DNA of 61,115 nt, filler included. It is 4 parts of 4 records of this genome, joined end to end, with 100 filler letters (N's around TTAATTAATTAA, not from the genome) between each part and the next. Parts side by side here need not be neighbours in the genome. Positions count along the whole stretch, not along the records: positions 38,590 to 44,816 come from SRR20825019_2781; positions 44,917 to 61,115 come from SRR20825019_2785; 2 more parts are not named here. One strand, 5' to 3'. Both the position numbers and the translations under genes were made by a program. Positions within the stretch are counted from its first letter, which is position 1. Every line of letters begins with the position of its first letter. Positions 38,863 to 48,629 of the stretch are shown here, piece by piece. Under the pieces are notes generated by a model. The model searched no databases, was not told the origin of the DNA, and saw only the letters and a program-made list of their open reading frames with translations.

Positions 38863-39399
38863 GTGAAAACCATCGAAACAGAGAGAATTGTCCTGCGCAA
38901 CTTTGCCCGGGAGGATGCCGAGGGGCTGCTCGCCTATATGCGTGAACCGCGGGCAAGCTGCTTTAGGTCCGGCAAGCTCGACGATCTCGATGCAGCCATC
39001 TCCGATGTCCAGTCCCGAGCCGATAGCGACGAAGCGATTGCGGTCGTCCTGAAGTCTTCCGGGGAGCTGATCGGCGACATGTTCTGCATGTTCGAAGAGC
39101 CCGACACGTTCAGCGTTGGCTGGAATTTCAACGCGGCCTTCGAGGGCAAGGGGCTGGCCAGCGAGGCGGCCCGCGCGTTGCTGCGCCACCTGTTTACAGA
39201 CCGCGGTGCCCGGCGCATCTTTGCCTATGTCGAAGTGACCAATCCGCGTTCCCAGGCGCTTTGCGAGCGGCTTGGCATGCGCCAGGAAGGTGTCTTCCGA
39301 GAGTTCATCTCGTTCATAAACGACGCGGCGGGCAATCCGATTTACGAGGACACAATGCAATATGCCCTGCTCAAGCGGGAATGGGTCGACCAGGCATAA
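38863..39399 (+). CDS. GNAT acetyltransferase (RimJ/RimL-like)
   Basis: IETERIVLRNF, GKGLASEAA, NPRSQALCERLGMRQEG; GTG start inferred. Confidence 0.88.
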   Translation: MKTIETERIVLRNFAREDAEGLLAYMREPRASCFRSGKLDDLDAAISDVQSRADSDEAIAVVLKSSGELIGDMFCMFEEPDTFSVGWNFNAAFEGKGLASEAARALLRHLFTDRGARRIFAYVEVTNPRSQALCERLGMRQEGVFREFISFINDAAGNPIYEDTMQYALLKREWVDQA

Positions 39400-39540
39400 G
39401 CGCCCGGCGCCCCCATAACATTCGCACACCTCACCTCAACTGCCGCTTGATGAAGGCACCAAGCCCGGCTCAGCCGGTTTGCATTCCGGGGGGCGCGTGA
39501 TAATGCTCGCCCTCAAATTCTTTCTTGCCTTAGGCCGACC

Positions 39541-40284
39541 ATGTCCAACGAGAACATTTTCCGCGAAATCGACGAGGAACTGCGCACCGATCGCATGCGG
39601 GCGCTGTGGCGCCGCTTTGCGCCGTTCGTCATCGGTGGCGCCGTGGCCATCGTCGCCCTGGTGGCGATCAATGAGGGTTGGTCCTGGTACACCAACAGCC
39701 AGTCGGCAGCAGCTTCCGAAGAGCTCTATGCAGCCTACGATGCGGCTGAAGCCGGCAATCTCGACGAGGCCGTAAGCCAGCTCGACGCGCTGGCCGCTGA
39801 CGGTTCGGGCGGTTATCCGGTCCTGGCGGAGTTCCGCAAGGCCGCCTTGCTGGCCGAACAGGGCGACACCGCTGGCGCCATTGCCGCCTATGATAGCCTC
39901 GCCAATACCCAGTCCAACCCGCGTCTGCGCGAACTGGCGCTGTTGCTGGCGGCCAACCTTCTGGTCGACACCGGCACGCTGGCCGATGTCGAGGCGCGCA
40001 TTGGCACGCTGGCGACCGAGGACAGCCAGATGCGCCGCGTCGCCGGTGAATTGCTTGGCCTTGCCCAGTACAAGGCTGGAGAGTTCGCTGCGGCCGAGGA
40101 AAGCTTCGAGGCCGTGCTGAACGATCCGCTGGCACAGGCCGGCATCCGCAACCGCATGGCCTACTATCTGGCGCAGATGTTGTCCGAAGGCGTGGTGGCC
40201 GAGACCGCGCCGGCCGAGGCTGCGGATAATGCCGATGATGCTGCCATTGACGGCGAACCCTCTACCGAACCCGCGGCCGAATAG
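39541..40284 (+). CDS. Tetratricopeptide repeat / YfgM-like membrane protein
   Basis: IFREIDEELR N-terminus, one TM helix, TPR-like helices; directly upstream of der. Confidence 0.85.
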   Translation: MSNENIFREIDEELRTDRMRALWRRFAPFVIGGAVAIVALVAINEGWSWYTNSQSAAASEELYAAYDAAEAGNLDEAVSQLDALAADGSGGYPVLAEFRKAALLAEQGDTAGAIAAYDSLANTQSNPRLRELALLLAANLLVDTGTLADVEARIGTLATEDSQMRRVAGELLGLAQYKAGEFAAAEESFEAVLNDPLAQAGIRNRMAYYLAQMLSEGVVAETAPAEAADNADDAAIDGEPSTEPAAE

Positions 40285-40306
40285 TCCGCATTTCAGGGGA
40301 ACCGCC

Positions 40307-41758
40307 ATGACGGTCACACTTGCCATTGTCGGCCGTCCAAATGTCGGCAAATCTACCCTGTTCAACCGGCTGGTCGGCCGCAAGATCGCTCTCGTCGACG
40401 ATACGCCGGGCGTGACGCGCGACCGGCGCGAGGCCGATGGGCGCATTGCCGATTTGCATTTCAAGGTGCTCGACACTGCTGGCTATGAGGACGTGAAGGA
40501 CGGCAGCCTCGAAGACCGCATGCGTCAGCAGACCGAGCTGGCCATCCGCGAAGCCGATATCATCCTGTTCATGATCGATGCCCGGGCCGGCGTTGTGCCG
40601 CTCGACCAGCGCTTTGCCCAGGTGCTGCGCAAGGCCGGCAAGCACGTCCACCTCGTCGGCAACAAGGCCGAGAGCAGTGCCGCCGAAGCCGGCCTTGTCG
40701 AAGCCTTCAAGCTTGGTTTCGGTGAACCCATCCCCTTGTCGGCCGAACACGGCCTGGGTCTGTCCGAGCTCTATTCCATCGTTTCGGCTGCCATCGACAA
40801 GGCCGAAGAGCAAAAGGCCGCTGCAGCGGCCCGGGGCGAAGAGATTGCCGACGACCTTGACCTCATGCCGGAGGTCGATGTCGATATCACCCCCGACATG
40901 CTCGAGGGGGAAGGGGACGACGCCACCCTGCGCTGGAACCCGCGCCGCTATCTCAATGTTGCCATTGTCGGGCGCCCCAATGCGGGCAAGTCCACCCTAG
41001 TCAATCGCATGGTGGGCGAGGATCGCGTCCTGGTTGGCCCCGAAGCCGGCATTACCCGCGACAGCATTCTGGTGCCCTGGGAATGGGAAGGCCGCATCGT
41101 CAATCTGGTGGATACCGCCGGCATCCGCCGCCGGTCCCGCGTCACCGGCAAGCTCGAAAAGCTGGCCGTGGGCGACAGCCTGCGCTCCATCCAATATGCC
41201 GAAGTCGTCGTGCTCATGCTCGATGCCACCGTTCCGTTCGAAAAGCAGGATCTGGCCTTGGCCGACCTGGTCGAGCGTGAAGGCCGGTCGATGGTTATTG
41301 CGCTGAACAAGTGGGACTTGATCGAGGACAAGAACGAAACGCTCAAATTCCTGCGCGAGGAATGTGAACGGCTGTTGCCGCAACTGCGTGGCGTGCCGCT
41401 CGTGACCCTGTCGGGGCTGACCGGCAAGAACATCGACCGGTTGATGGAAGCGATTTTCGAGATCGAGCGGCACTGGAACGCGCACGTGTCCACCTCGCGC
41501 CTCAATCGCTGGCTGGCCGGCATGATCGAGGGGCATCCGCCCCCGGCCGTCTCGGGCCGTCGCCTCAAGCTGCGCTACATGACCCAGGCCAAGACGCGGC
41601 CGCCAAGCTTCATCGTCTTTTCATCGCGTCCGGACGCGGTGCCTGCGTCCTATCAGCGCTATCTGGTCAACGGATTGCGCGAGGCTTTCGACATGAAGGG
41701 CACGCCAATCCGCCTCTGGCTGCGTGGCGGCAAGAATCCGTACGTGGACAAGAAGTAG
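40307..41758 (+). CDS. der: Ribosome biogenesis GTPase Der (EngA)
   Basis: Two G domains (GRPNVGKS/DTAG/NKAE and GRPNAGKS/DTAG/NKWD) and a KH-like C-terminus. Confidence 0.97.
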   Translation: MTVTLAIVGRPNVGKSTLFNRLVGRKIALVDDTPGVTRDRREADGRIADLHFKVLDTAGYEDVKDGSLEDRMRQQTELAIREADIILFMIDARAGVVPLDQRFAQVLRKAGKHVHLVGNKAESSAAEAGLVEAFKLGFGEPIPLSAEHGLGLSELYSIVSAAIDKAEEQKAAAAARGEEIADDLDLMPEVDVDITPDMLEGEGDDATLRWNPRRYLNVAIVGRPNAGKSTLVNRMVGEDRVLVGPEAGITRDSILVPWEWEGRIVNLVDTAGIRRRSRVTGKLEKLAVGDSLRSIQYAEVVVLMLDATVPFEKQDLALADLVEREGRSMVIALNKWDLIEDKNETLKFLREECERLLPQLRGVPLVTLSGLTGKNIDRLMEAIFEIERHWNAHVSTSRLNRWLAGMIEGHPPPAVSGRRLKLRYMTQAKTRPPSFIVFSSRPDAVPASYQRYLVNGLREAFDMKGTPIRLWLRGGKNPYVDKK

Positions 41759-41880
41759 CCGAATCTCGACGGGCGAGCGCGGCGCCGCGCCAAGCCCTGT
41801 TTACGTCTCGGCGCCGTGCCCTATGATGCGCCGGTCGTAGCACCCCGCCATTGGTCGCGGTGTGCCAATAGTGCACTCTC

Positions 41881-43173
41881 TTGATCATAGAAATTCTCAT
41901 CGTCGTTGTGCTGGTCCTGGTGAACGGCGCGTTGGCCATGTCCGAGCTGGCAGTTGTCTCGTCCCGCCCGGCGCGGCTCAAGGTTCTGGCCGAACAGGGC
42001 AATATGGGCGCGGCCACAGCCATGCGCCTGGCCGAGGATCCCGGCAAGTTTCTTTCCTCGGTGCAGATCGGCATTACCCTGGTCGGCATTCTCTCGGGCG
42101 CCTTTTCCGGTGCCACGCTAGGTCTGCGCCTCACCGACTGGCTCAAGAATGTCGGGCTGGCGGACAATCTTGCCGATATCGCCGGTGTTGGCGTCGTGGT
42201 CGTGCTGATCACCTATGGGTCGCTGATCCTGGGCGAGCTGGTGCCCAAGCAGATTGCCCTGCGCAATCCGGAAGCCGTGGCGGCACGGGTGGCCCAGCCC
42301 ATGGCGCTGTTGGCTCTCATCGGCACGCCAGTTGTCTGGCTGCTGGATATATCGGGCAAGGCCGTCCTGCGCCTGTTGGGGCAAGGGGACCAGACCGAGG
42401 ATTCCGTCACCGAGGAAGAAGTGCGCACCATCATCGCCGAGGCGACGACGGCCGGTATTCTCGAGCATGAAGAACACTCCATGATCTCGGGCGTGATGAA
42501 GCTGGCCGACCGCTCGGCACGCGGCATCATGACACCGCGGCTCGATGTCGTGCTGATCGACCTCGAAGACAGCTATGAGGACAATCTCCAGATCATCCTC
42601 GAAACGTCACACACCAAGGTTTTGGTGCAGGAGGGGGACGCCGATACGATCCTGGGCGTGCTGGCCCAGTCGGACCTGCTCCCGGCATTGGTTGCCGGCA
42701 AACAGCCTGACCTGCGCGCCCTGGTCAAGCCGGTGCCGGTGGTGATGGAACATGCCGATGCGCTCGACGTGGTCGAGGCCATGCGCAAGGAGCGCGCTCA
42801 GATGGCGCTGGTGGTCGACGAGTATGGGCACTTCGAGGGCATTATCACTTATGGCGATGTGCTTGAGGTCATCACTGGCATCTACAATGAAGAGCCTGGC
42901 GATGAACCGGCTCTGACGCAGCGCGAGGACGGATCATGGTTGATCGCGGGCTGGATGCCGGTCGACGATTTTGCCGAGCGCTTCAACGTGCCGGTGCCCA
43001 AGGACGCGCGCTACGAAACGCTGGCCGGTTTCGTGCTGGCCCAGCTCAATCACATGCCCAAGGTCGGCGAGAGCTTCGAGCAGGATGGCTGGCGCTTTGA
43101 GGTGGTGGACCTGGATGGACACCGCATCGACAAAGTCCTTGTGGCGGCCATCAATCCGCAAAGCGCGGATTAA
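41881..43173 (+). CDS. Hemolysin/CNNM family protein (DUF21-CBS-CorC)
   Basis: FLSSVQIGIT, GELVPKQIA, IMTPR, VVDEYG, ETLAG, DLDGHRIDKV. Confidence 0.93.
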   Translation: MIIEILIVVVLVLVNGALAMSELAVVSSRPARLKVLAEQGNMGAATAMRLAEDPGKFLSSVQIGITLVGILSGAFSGATLGLRLTDWLKNVGLADNLADIAGVGVVVVLITYGSLILGELVPKQIALRNPEAVAARVAQPMALLALIGTPVVWLLDISGKAVLRLLGQGDQTEDSVTEEEVRTIIAEATTAGILEHEEHSMISGVMKLADRSARGIMTPRLDVVLIDLEDSYEDNLQIILETSHTKVLVQEGDADTILGVLAQSDLLPALVAGKQPDLRALVKPVPVVMEHADALDVVEAMRKERAQMALVVDEYGHFEGIITYGDVLEVITGIYNEEPGDEPALTQREDGSWLIAGWMPVDDFAERFNVPVPKDARYETLAGFVLAQLNHMPKVGESFEQDGWRFEVVDLDGHRIDKVLVAAINPQSAD

Positions 43174-43763
43174 AGCTCCATCCCGAACCAGACCGCGCCC
43201 GGTGTATCTCGCAGCGGCGTAAAGCCGCTGCGGGTCCAGAAGGCGATGCCGCCGCTATTGCTGGCGCTGGCGCCGAGATGAATGCCGCTGACCCCGGCTG
43301 CCTTTGCCTGCTCAACCCACATTTCAAGCAACCTGGTGCCCAAGCGCTGCCCGCGCAGGCGCGAGAGCAGGTTCATGTGGATGTGGGCGGGATAGCGCGC
43401 GACAATGTCGGCCGGCGTCTTTTCCGGCTGCATGATGGCAGCGATACGGTCTCGATCGGCTTCGGTCATGCCGGTGGTATCGGCATATTTGGCGCGTAGA
43501 TCGGGCCACCAGTCCTGCTCCAGCCGCTCTGCGAAGCGATAGCTGTCATGGGTGCCCACGACATAGCCGGCAACCCCCGCATCGTCCTCTGCGACGAACA
43601 CGTTCTCGGGCTCCAGCACCCCATAGGGCGCGGCATAGATGTGCCCGACCAATTGCGGGTCGGTGTGAAGCGGTGTGGCATCCTTGCTGGCATCGCCTGT
43701 CTGCAGGCAGATCGCATAGAGCGCATCGAGATCGTCGGGACGGTAGGGACGCAGCGCCAGCAT
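43170..43763 (-). CDS. GNAT family acetyltransferase
   Basis: LYAICLQTG, YPAHIHMNLL, RGQRLGTRLL, GIHLG. Confidence 0.85.
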   Translation of the reverse strand: MLALRPYRPDDLDALYAICLQTGDASKDATPLHTDPQLVGHIYAAPYGVLEPENVFVAEDDAGVAGYVVGTHDSYRFAERLEQDWWPDLRAKYADTTGMTEADRDRIAAIMQPEKTPADIVARYPAHIHMNLLSRLRGQRLGTRLLEMWVEQAKAAGVSGIHLGASASNSGGIAFWTRSGFTPLRDTPGAVWFGMEL

Positions 43764-43766
43764 GGT

Positions 43767-44501
43767 TCAGATATCTTCGAAGGCGCCGGTGCCGACATCG
43801 AACAGCCGGCCATTCTCGTCCAGCGACGGGCTCAGCATGTCGATCAGGCGCGGCGCCACCTCTGCCGGGGTCGGCAGCGTATTGGGATCTTCTCCCGGCA
43901 TGGCCTTGGCCCGCATGGCGGTGCGCACAATGCCGGGATAGAACACATTGGCGCGCACCTTGGTGGTCGCGACTTCACCGGCATAGGATTTGACCAGCGC
44001 GTCGAGCGCTGCCTTGCTGGCTGCGTAAAGGCCCCAGAACGGCCTCGCCGACCGGGCAGAGCCGGACGAGACGAAGACGGCGCGCCCGGCCTCGGACTGG
44101 CGCAGCAACACGTCGAGTGAGCGCAACAGGCGATAATTGGCCGTCACATTGACCGCCAGCACCTTGTCGAAATCGTCCGGCTTGATGTGGGCCACCGGGC
44201 TCAGCACGCCCAGTTGGCCGGCATTGGCCACCAACCCATCCAGATGCCCCCAGCGATCGAAAATCGCGGCGCCCAGCCGGTCAATGGCGTCACCATCGCG
44301 CAGGTCGAGCGGCACCAGCGTGGTCGAGCCACCGGCCGCCTGAATGGCATCGTCGAGCTCTTCCAGCCCGCCAACGGTCCGCGCCACGGCGATCACATGC
44401 GCGCCGCGCTGCGCCGCTTCGATGCTGGCGGCATAGCCAATGCCACGCGATGCACCGGTGACCAGGACGACCTTGCCGGCCAGTTCGGTATTGTCAGTCA
44501 T
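43767..44501 (-). CDS. SDR family oxidoreductase (YciK-like)
   Basis: TGASRGIG, NAG, YAASK; coupled to purF by a TGATG overlap. Confidence 0.9.
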   Translation of the reverse strand: MTDNTELAGKVVLVTGASRGIGYAASIEAAQRGAHVIAVARTVGGLEELDDAIQAAGGSTTLVPLDLRDGDAIDRLGAAIFDRWGHLDGLVANAGQLGVLSPVAHIKPDDFDKVLAVNVTANYRLLRSLDVLLRQSEAGRAVFVSSGSARSARPFWGLYAASKAALDALVKSYAGEVATTKVRANVFYPGIVRTAMRAKAMPGEDPNTLPTPAEVAPRLIDMLSPSLDENGRLFDVGTGAFEDI

Positions 44502-44816
44502 CAACCCGCTTCCTTGAGCAGCGAAATCTGCTTGGGATCGCTCATCGTGCGTCCATGCAGGTCGGTCAACTGCGTCGGATAGTCGCCCGTAAAATAATGG
44601 TCGGTGAACTGCGGCGCCTTGGCGTTGCGCTTTTCTCCGCCCACGGCCTGATAGAGCCCGTCAATCGACAGGAACGCCAGCGAATCCGCGCCGATATAGC
44701 GGCACATGTCATCAAGCTCGGCATATTGATTGGCCAGCAGCTTGTCCGGATCGGGCGTGTCGATGCCGTAATAGTCGGAATGGAAAATCATCGGGCTGGC
44801 GACGCGGATATGCACT
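44501..44816 (-). CDS. purF: Amidophosphoribosyltransferase, C-terminal fragment
   Basis: VHIRVASP..FHSDYYGIDTP, IGADSLAFLS, FTGDYPT. Confidence 0.93.
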
Positions 44817-44916
44817 NNNNNNNNNNNNNNNNNNNNNNNNNNNNNNNNNNNNNNNNNNNNTTAATTAATTAANNNNNNNNNNNNNNNNNNNNNNNNNNNN
44901 NNNNNNNNNNNNNNNN
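44817..44916. other. Artificial contig-joining spacer
   Basis: N44-TTAATTAATTAA-N44. Confidence 0.98.
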
Positions 44917-45756
44917 ATTCTGATCCCGCCAAGCGGACCTTTAATCCTGTTTTCGCTGGTGTCTGGCGGGACGTCGATCTCCGCCCTGTTTCTTGGCGGG
45001 TATCTTCCGGGCATCCTGATGGGGCTATCGGTTATGATGGTCATTACCTTTTTTGCCATGCGTCGCGGTTATCGCACGGAAGGTAGTGTCGGCTGGTCGG
45101 AAATTCTGCATGTGACATGGCAGGCGTTGCCGCCGTTATTGATGATTATCCTGGTCATTGGTGGCATTGCGATCGGGGCTTTTACCGCGACAGAAGGTGC
45201 GGCGGTTGCCGTTCTGTATTCATTTGTTCTGTCGTTGATGTACCGGATGGCAAGCTTGCAGGAATATCTGGAAGCTTTGAAATCGTCGGCGGTTACGAGT
45301 TGTTCGATCCTGTTTCTGATCGCGGCATCGGGCATCATGTCCTATGTCATGACGATTGCCGGGATTCCCGATGTCATTGCCGAGACCATTCTGACCTTTG
45401 ACAATCCCATTGTGATTTTGCTGGTGATGAATGTCTGTCTGCTGATCATCGGGTTTTTCATGGATCTGACGCCGGCAGTGTTGATTTTCACCCCGATCTT
45501 TTTGCCGATTGCGACCGAGATCGGCATTCATCCGGTGCATTTAGGGATCATCATGATCTTTAACCTTGGGGTTGGGTCGATGACACCACCGGTCGGGAGC
45601 GTCCTTTTTGTCGGGTGTGCGGTTGCCAATCTGCGCATTGATCAGGTGGTAAGGCCGATCCTGCCGTTCTTCTTTGCGACATCGGCGGCCTTGCTTCTGA
45701 CCACTTATGTCCCCTGGATCACGTTGGCATTGCCGCGGTTCCTTGGGCTGATGTGA
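44917..45756 (+). CDS. dctM: TRAP transporter large permease, 5'-truncated
   Basis: LIPPS, SISALFLGGYLPG, FTATE, GIHPVHLG, TPPVG. Confidence 0.9.
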   Translation: MLIPPSGPLILFSLVSGGTSISALFLGGYLPGILMGLSVMMVITFFAMRRGYRTEGSVGWSEILHVTWQALPPLLMIILVIGGIAIGAFTATEGAAVAVLYSFVLSLMYRMASLQEYLEALKSSAVTSCSILFLIAASGIMSYVMTIAGIPDVIAETILTFDNPIVILLVMNVCLLIIGFFMDLTPAVLIFTPIFLPIATEIGIHPVHLGIIMIFNLGVGSMTPPVGSVLFVGCAVANLRIDQVVRPILPFFFATSAALLLTTYVPWITLALPRFLGLM

Positions 45757-45796
45757 CGTTCACCCATACCTAATCCTATCCAAGCGGAGTTATATC

Positions 45797-46537
45797 ATGA
45801 ATGCGTTCTCGCTGAGCGGTCGAAAAGCTTTGGTAACCGGTGCCAATGCCGGAATAGGGCAGGCTATTGCCGTCGCCATGGCACGCGCAGGTGCGGAAGT
45901 TGTCTGTGCAGGACGGCGAAGCTGTAGCGAAACGGTTGCAATGGTCGGTGATGCGGGCGGTGTCGCAAGCGAGGTCATTGTTGATTTTGCTGATCCGATG
46001 GCGGGGGCGGCCCTGTTTGAGGGTGCCAATATCGACATTCTGGTCAATAATGCGGGGATTATCCGCCGCGCCGATTGCATCGATTTTACCGAAGAAGACT
46101 GGGACGCCGTCATGGATGTGAATGCCAAGGCGGTGTTCTTTACCGCGCAGGCATTTGCCAGGGAGGTCTTTGCGCGCGGCGGGCAGGGCAAGATTGTGAA
46201 TATCGCGTCGCTTTTATCGTTTCAGGGGGGTATTCGGGTTCCGTCCTACACCACATCCAAGCATGGTGTGGCCGGTTTGACCCGTATTCTGGCAAATGAG
46301 TGGACGGCACGCGGTATCAATGTGAATGCGATTGCGCCGGGCTATATCGCGACAAGCAATACACAGGCGTTGCGTGATGATCCTGATCGGTCTGCGGCCA
46401 TTCTGGAACGTATTCCGGCAGGGCGTTGGGGACGTCCTGATGATATCGCGGAAACAGCGGTTTATCTGGCAGCGCCCGCGTCTGATTATGTTTCAGGTGC
46501 CATTTTGAATGTTGATGGTGGCTGGCTTGCGCGATAG
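45797..46537 (+). CDS. kduD: 2-dehydro-3-deoxy-D-gluconate 5-dehydrogenase
   Basis: NIASLLSFQGGIRVPSYTTSKHGV, ILERIPAGRWG, VDGGWLAR; near kduI. Confidence 0.93.
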   Translation: MNAFSLSGRKALVTGANAGIGQAIAVAMARAGAEVVCAGRRSCSETVAMVGDAGGVASEVIVDFADPMAGAALFEGANIDILVNNAGIIRRADCIDFTEEDWDAVMDVNAKAVFFTAQAFAREVFARGGQGKIVNIASLLSFQGGIRVPSYTTSKHGVAGLTRILANEWTARGINVNAIAPGYIATSNTQALRDDPDRSAAILERIPAGRWGRPDDIAETAVYLAAPASDYVSGAILNVDGGWLAR

Positions 46538-46580
46538 GGCGGTTTGTGGCGCCCTGATCACGTTTGGCCGGTCATGTCTG

Positions 46581-47603
46581 TCAGCGTAGTTTGGCCGGTG
46601 GCGGGCCGACGCTTTCGCGGTTAATGAGCTCGCACGCCAGTTCAATCCGGCGTGCGGGCATTTCAATATCGGCATTGGTCAGTCGGCAGGTTTCAATCAG
46701 CAGATCCAGCGACAGCGCGCCGACTGTCTGCATCGGAATTTTGACCGATGTCAGCGCAGGTGACATGTATTGGCCCTGGGGCAGGCCATCAATGCCGACC
46801 ACAGAAACATCTTTCGGGACGTTGTAGCCCTTGGCTTGCAGGGCGGAAACAGCGCCGACAGCCAGGATATCGCCAGCAGCGACAATGGCGCTGAAAGAAA
46901 GGTTGCTTTCGATGACCTCGGTAATGCGCTGGCTTGCGGCTTCGGCGGTCCAGTCGTCGATATCAATCACATAGTCGGGATTGTAATGTTCGGCCATGGC
47001 GTCGCGCCATCCTTCGAAGCGGCGCTGAATCGTGCGCCTGCCGGGGCGATTGAGAAACAGGATATGGCGGTGTCCCTGATTGATAAGATGTTTGGTCGCC
47101 AGGGAGGCCGCCGATCGATTGCATGGCGTGACCGAGCTTAGCTGCATTTCCGGATCGTCACCATTGACCAGGACGGCAGGCATATCCGAGGCGCGCACAT
47201 AATCGAGTGTCGCATCATCGACGGAAACAAGCAAAAGACCGATCAAATCCGGGGCCTGTGCCGCGTTGTAGAGGTCTTCGAAGCGTTGATTGGGCTGATA
47301 GATGTAAGATTCTATGCGGATGTCCCGGCTTTCGGCGCGTTCGCGAACCCCTTCGAGAACATACATGGTGAACTGGCTGCGTTTGAAATCGATCATGGCC
47401 TCTTGCGAGGAAACAATCAGGACCTTTTGCCCGGCAGTGGTGCTTGAAACGGCGTAGTTCATTTCAATGGCCGCAGCCCGGATTCTGGAGGCGAGATGTT
47501 CGCGGACATAGCCATTGCCGCTTAGGGCGCGTGATACGGTTGCCGTAGAAACCCCAAGACGCGAGGCGATGTCGCTTATCTTCGTGCGTCCGCTAACTGC
47601 CAT
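46581..47603 (-). CDS. LacI family transcriptional regulator
   Basis: ISDIASRLGVSTATVSRALS HTH; VPKDVSVVGID; ATG at 47603 (the ORF track over-extends). Confidence 0.92.
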   Translation of the reverse strand: MAVSGRTKISDIASRLGVSTATVSRALSGNGYVREHLASRIRAAAIEMNYAVSSTTAGQKVLIVSSQEAMIDFKRSQFTMYVLEGVRERAESRDIRIESYIYQPNQRFEDLYNAAQAPDLIGLLLVSVDDATLDYVRASDMPAVLVNGDDPEMQLSSVTPCNRSAASLATKHLINQGHRHILFLNRPGRRTIQRRFEGWRDAMAEHYNPDYVIDIDDWTAEAASQRITEVIESNLSFSAIVAAGDILAVGAVSALQAKGYNVPKDVSVVGIDGLPQGQYMSPALTSVKIPMQTVGALSLDLLIETCRLTNADIEMPARRIELACELINRESVGPPPAKLR

Positions 47604-47789
47604 GTTTTTCCCTTTCCTGATTCTCATCAGTTTGTGGAATTTATTTACATATTGCACGAAAAATTTCTTGGTGTGATGTTTTTTCCTGTGCGGAACAGGA
47701 AGCCAGCTTCCTGCTTCTGCGAATTTATAAAGTGCGTCACCGATCCAAACGGTGGCTGAACGTGCAGGAACATCCTTAGGAGATATCCC

Positions 47790-48626
47790 GTGGCTATGGA
47801 ACAACGCTATGGTGCCGGTCCCGATCAGATCGATGGAATGAATACGACCCAGTTGCGCGAGAATTTTATGGTCGAGCGTCTCTTTGTGCCGGGTCAGATC
47901 AGCTTTGCGTATACTCATTTTGATCGGATGATTGTCGGTGGTGCCGTTCCGGGGGAAAAGGCGCTTGGCTTTGGCGATGGCAAAGATGTCGGGACGAACC
48001 TGTTCTTTGATGCACGCGAAATGGGCATTGCAAACCTTGGCGGCGCGGGCTGGATCGAGGTGGACGGAACGCGCTATGAGCTTGCAAACCGCGATGTTCT
48101 TTATATCGGCCGTGGTGCTGAAACCGTTTCGCTGGGCAGTGATGATGCCAAAAGCCCGGCACGTTTTTATATGAATTCGGTCCCGGCGGGGCATTCAGTG
48201 CCGACGCGTCTGATCACGCGTGCGGAATCGAAAATCCTTGAGATGGGGGATGCCGAGAAAAGCAATCGCCGTTCCCTGGCGATGTATATTCATCCAGAGG
48301 TCGCGCCATCCTGTCTGTTGCTGATGGGCATTACCGATCCGGCGAAGGGTTCGGTCTGGAACACCATGCCGCCGCACCTGCATGAGCGCCGCATGGAGGC
48401 CTATTGCTATTTCGATCTTTCGGATGAAGACCGGGTTATGCATTTCATGGGGCGCCCGGATAATACCCGTCATCTGGTTGTGGCAAATGGCGATGTCGTC
48501 CTGTCGCCAGCCTGGTCCATTCATATGGGGGCCGGTACCGGGCCGTATGGTTTTGTGTGGGGCATGACCGGGGAAAATCAGGAATATACCGATGTTTCGC
48601 CGGTTGCCATTAAGGAGCTGCGTTAA
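47790..48626 (+). CDS. kduI: 5-dehydro-4-deoxy-D-glucuronate isomerase
   Basis: YTHFDRMIVGG, REMGIANLGG, WNTMPPHLHERRMEAY, SPAWSIH, GENQ. Confidence 0.95.
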   Translation: MAMEQRYGAGPDQIDGMNTTQLRENFMVERLFVPGQISFAYTHFDRMIVGGAVPGEKALGFGDGKDVGTNLFFDAREMGIANLGGAGWIEVDGTRYELANRDVLYIGRGAETVSLGSDDAKSPARFYMNSVPAGHSVPTRLITRAESKILEMGDAEKSNRRSLAMYIHPEVAPSCLLLMGITDPAKGSVWNTMPPHLHERRMEAYCYFDLSDEDRVMHFMGRPDNTRHLVVANGDVVLSPAWSIHMGAGTGPYGFVWGMTGENQEYTDVSPVAIKELR

Positions 48627-48629
48627 GTC

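Noticed and set aside
38669-39540. GNAT gene after guaA as a possible island inserted at the guaA 3' end
   Set aside because: No duplicated guaA end and no integrase are visible.
39541-41758. YfgM-like gene directly next to der with no bamB in between
   Set aside because: To my knowledge this arrangement is common in Rhizobiales; not novel.
46581-48194. 537-aa version of the LacI ORF overlapping kduI
   Set aside because: The upstream extension is antisense to kduI; the HTH begins right after the ATG at 47603.
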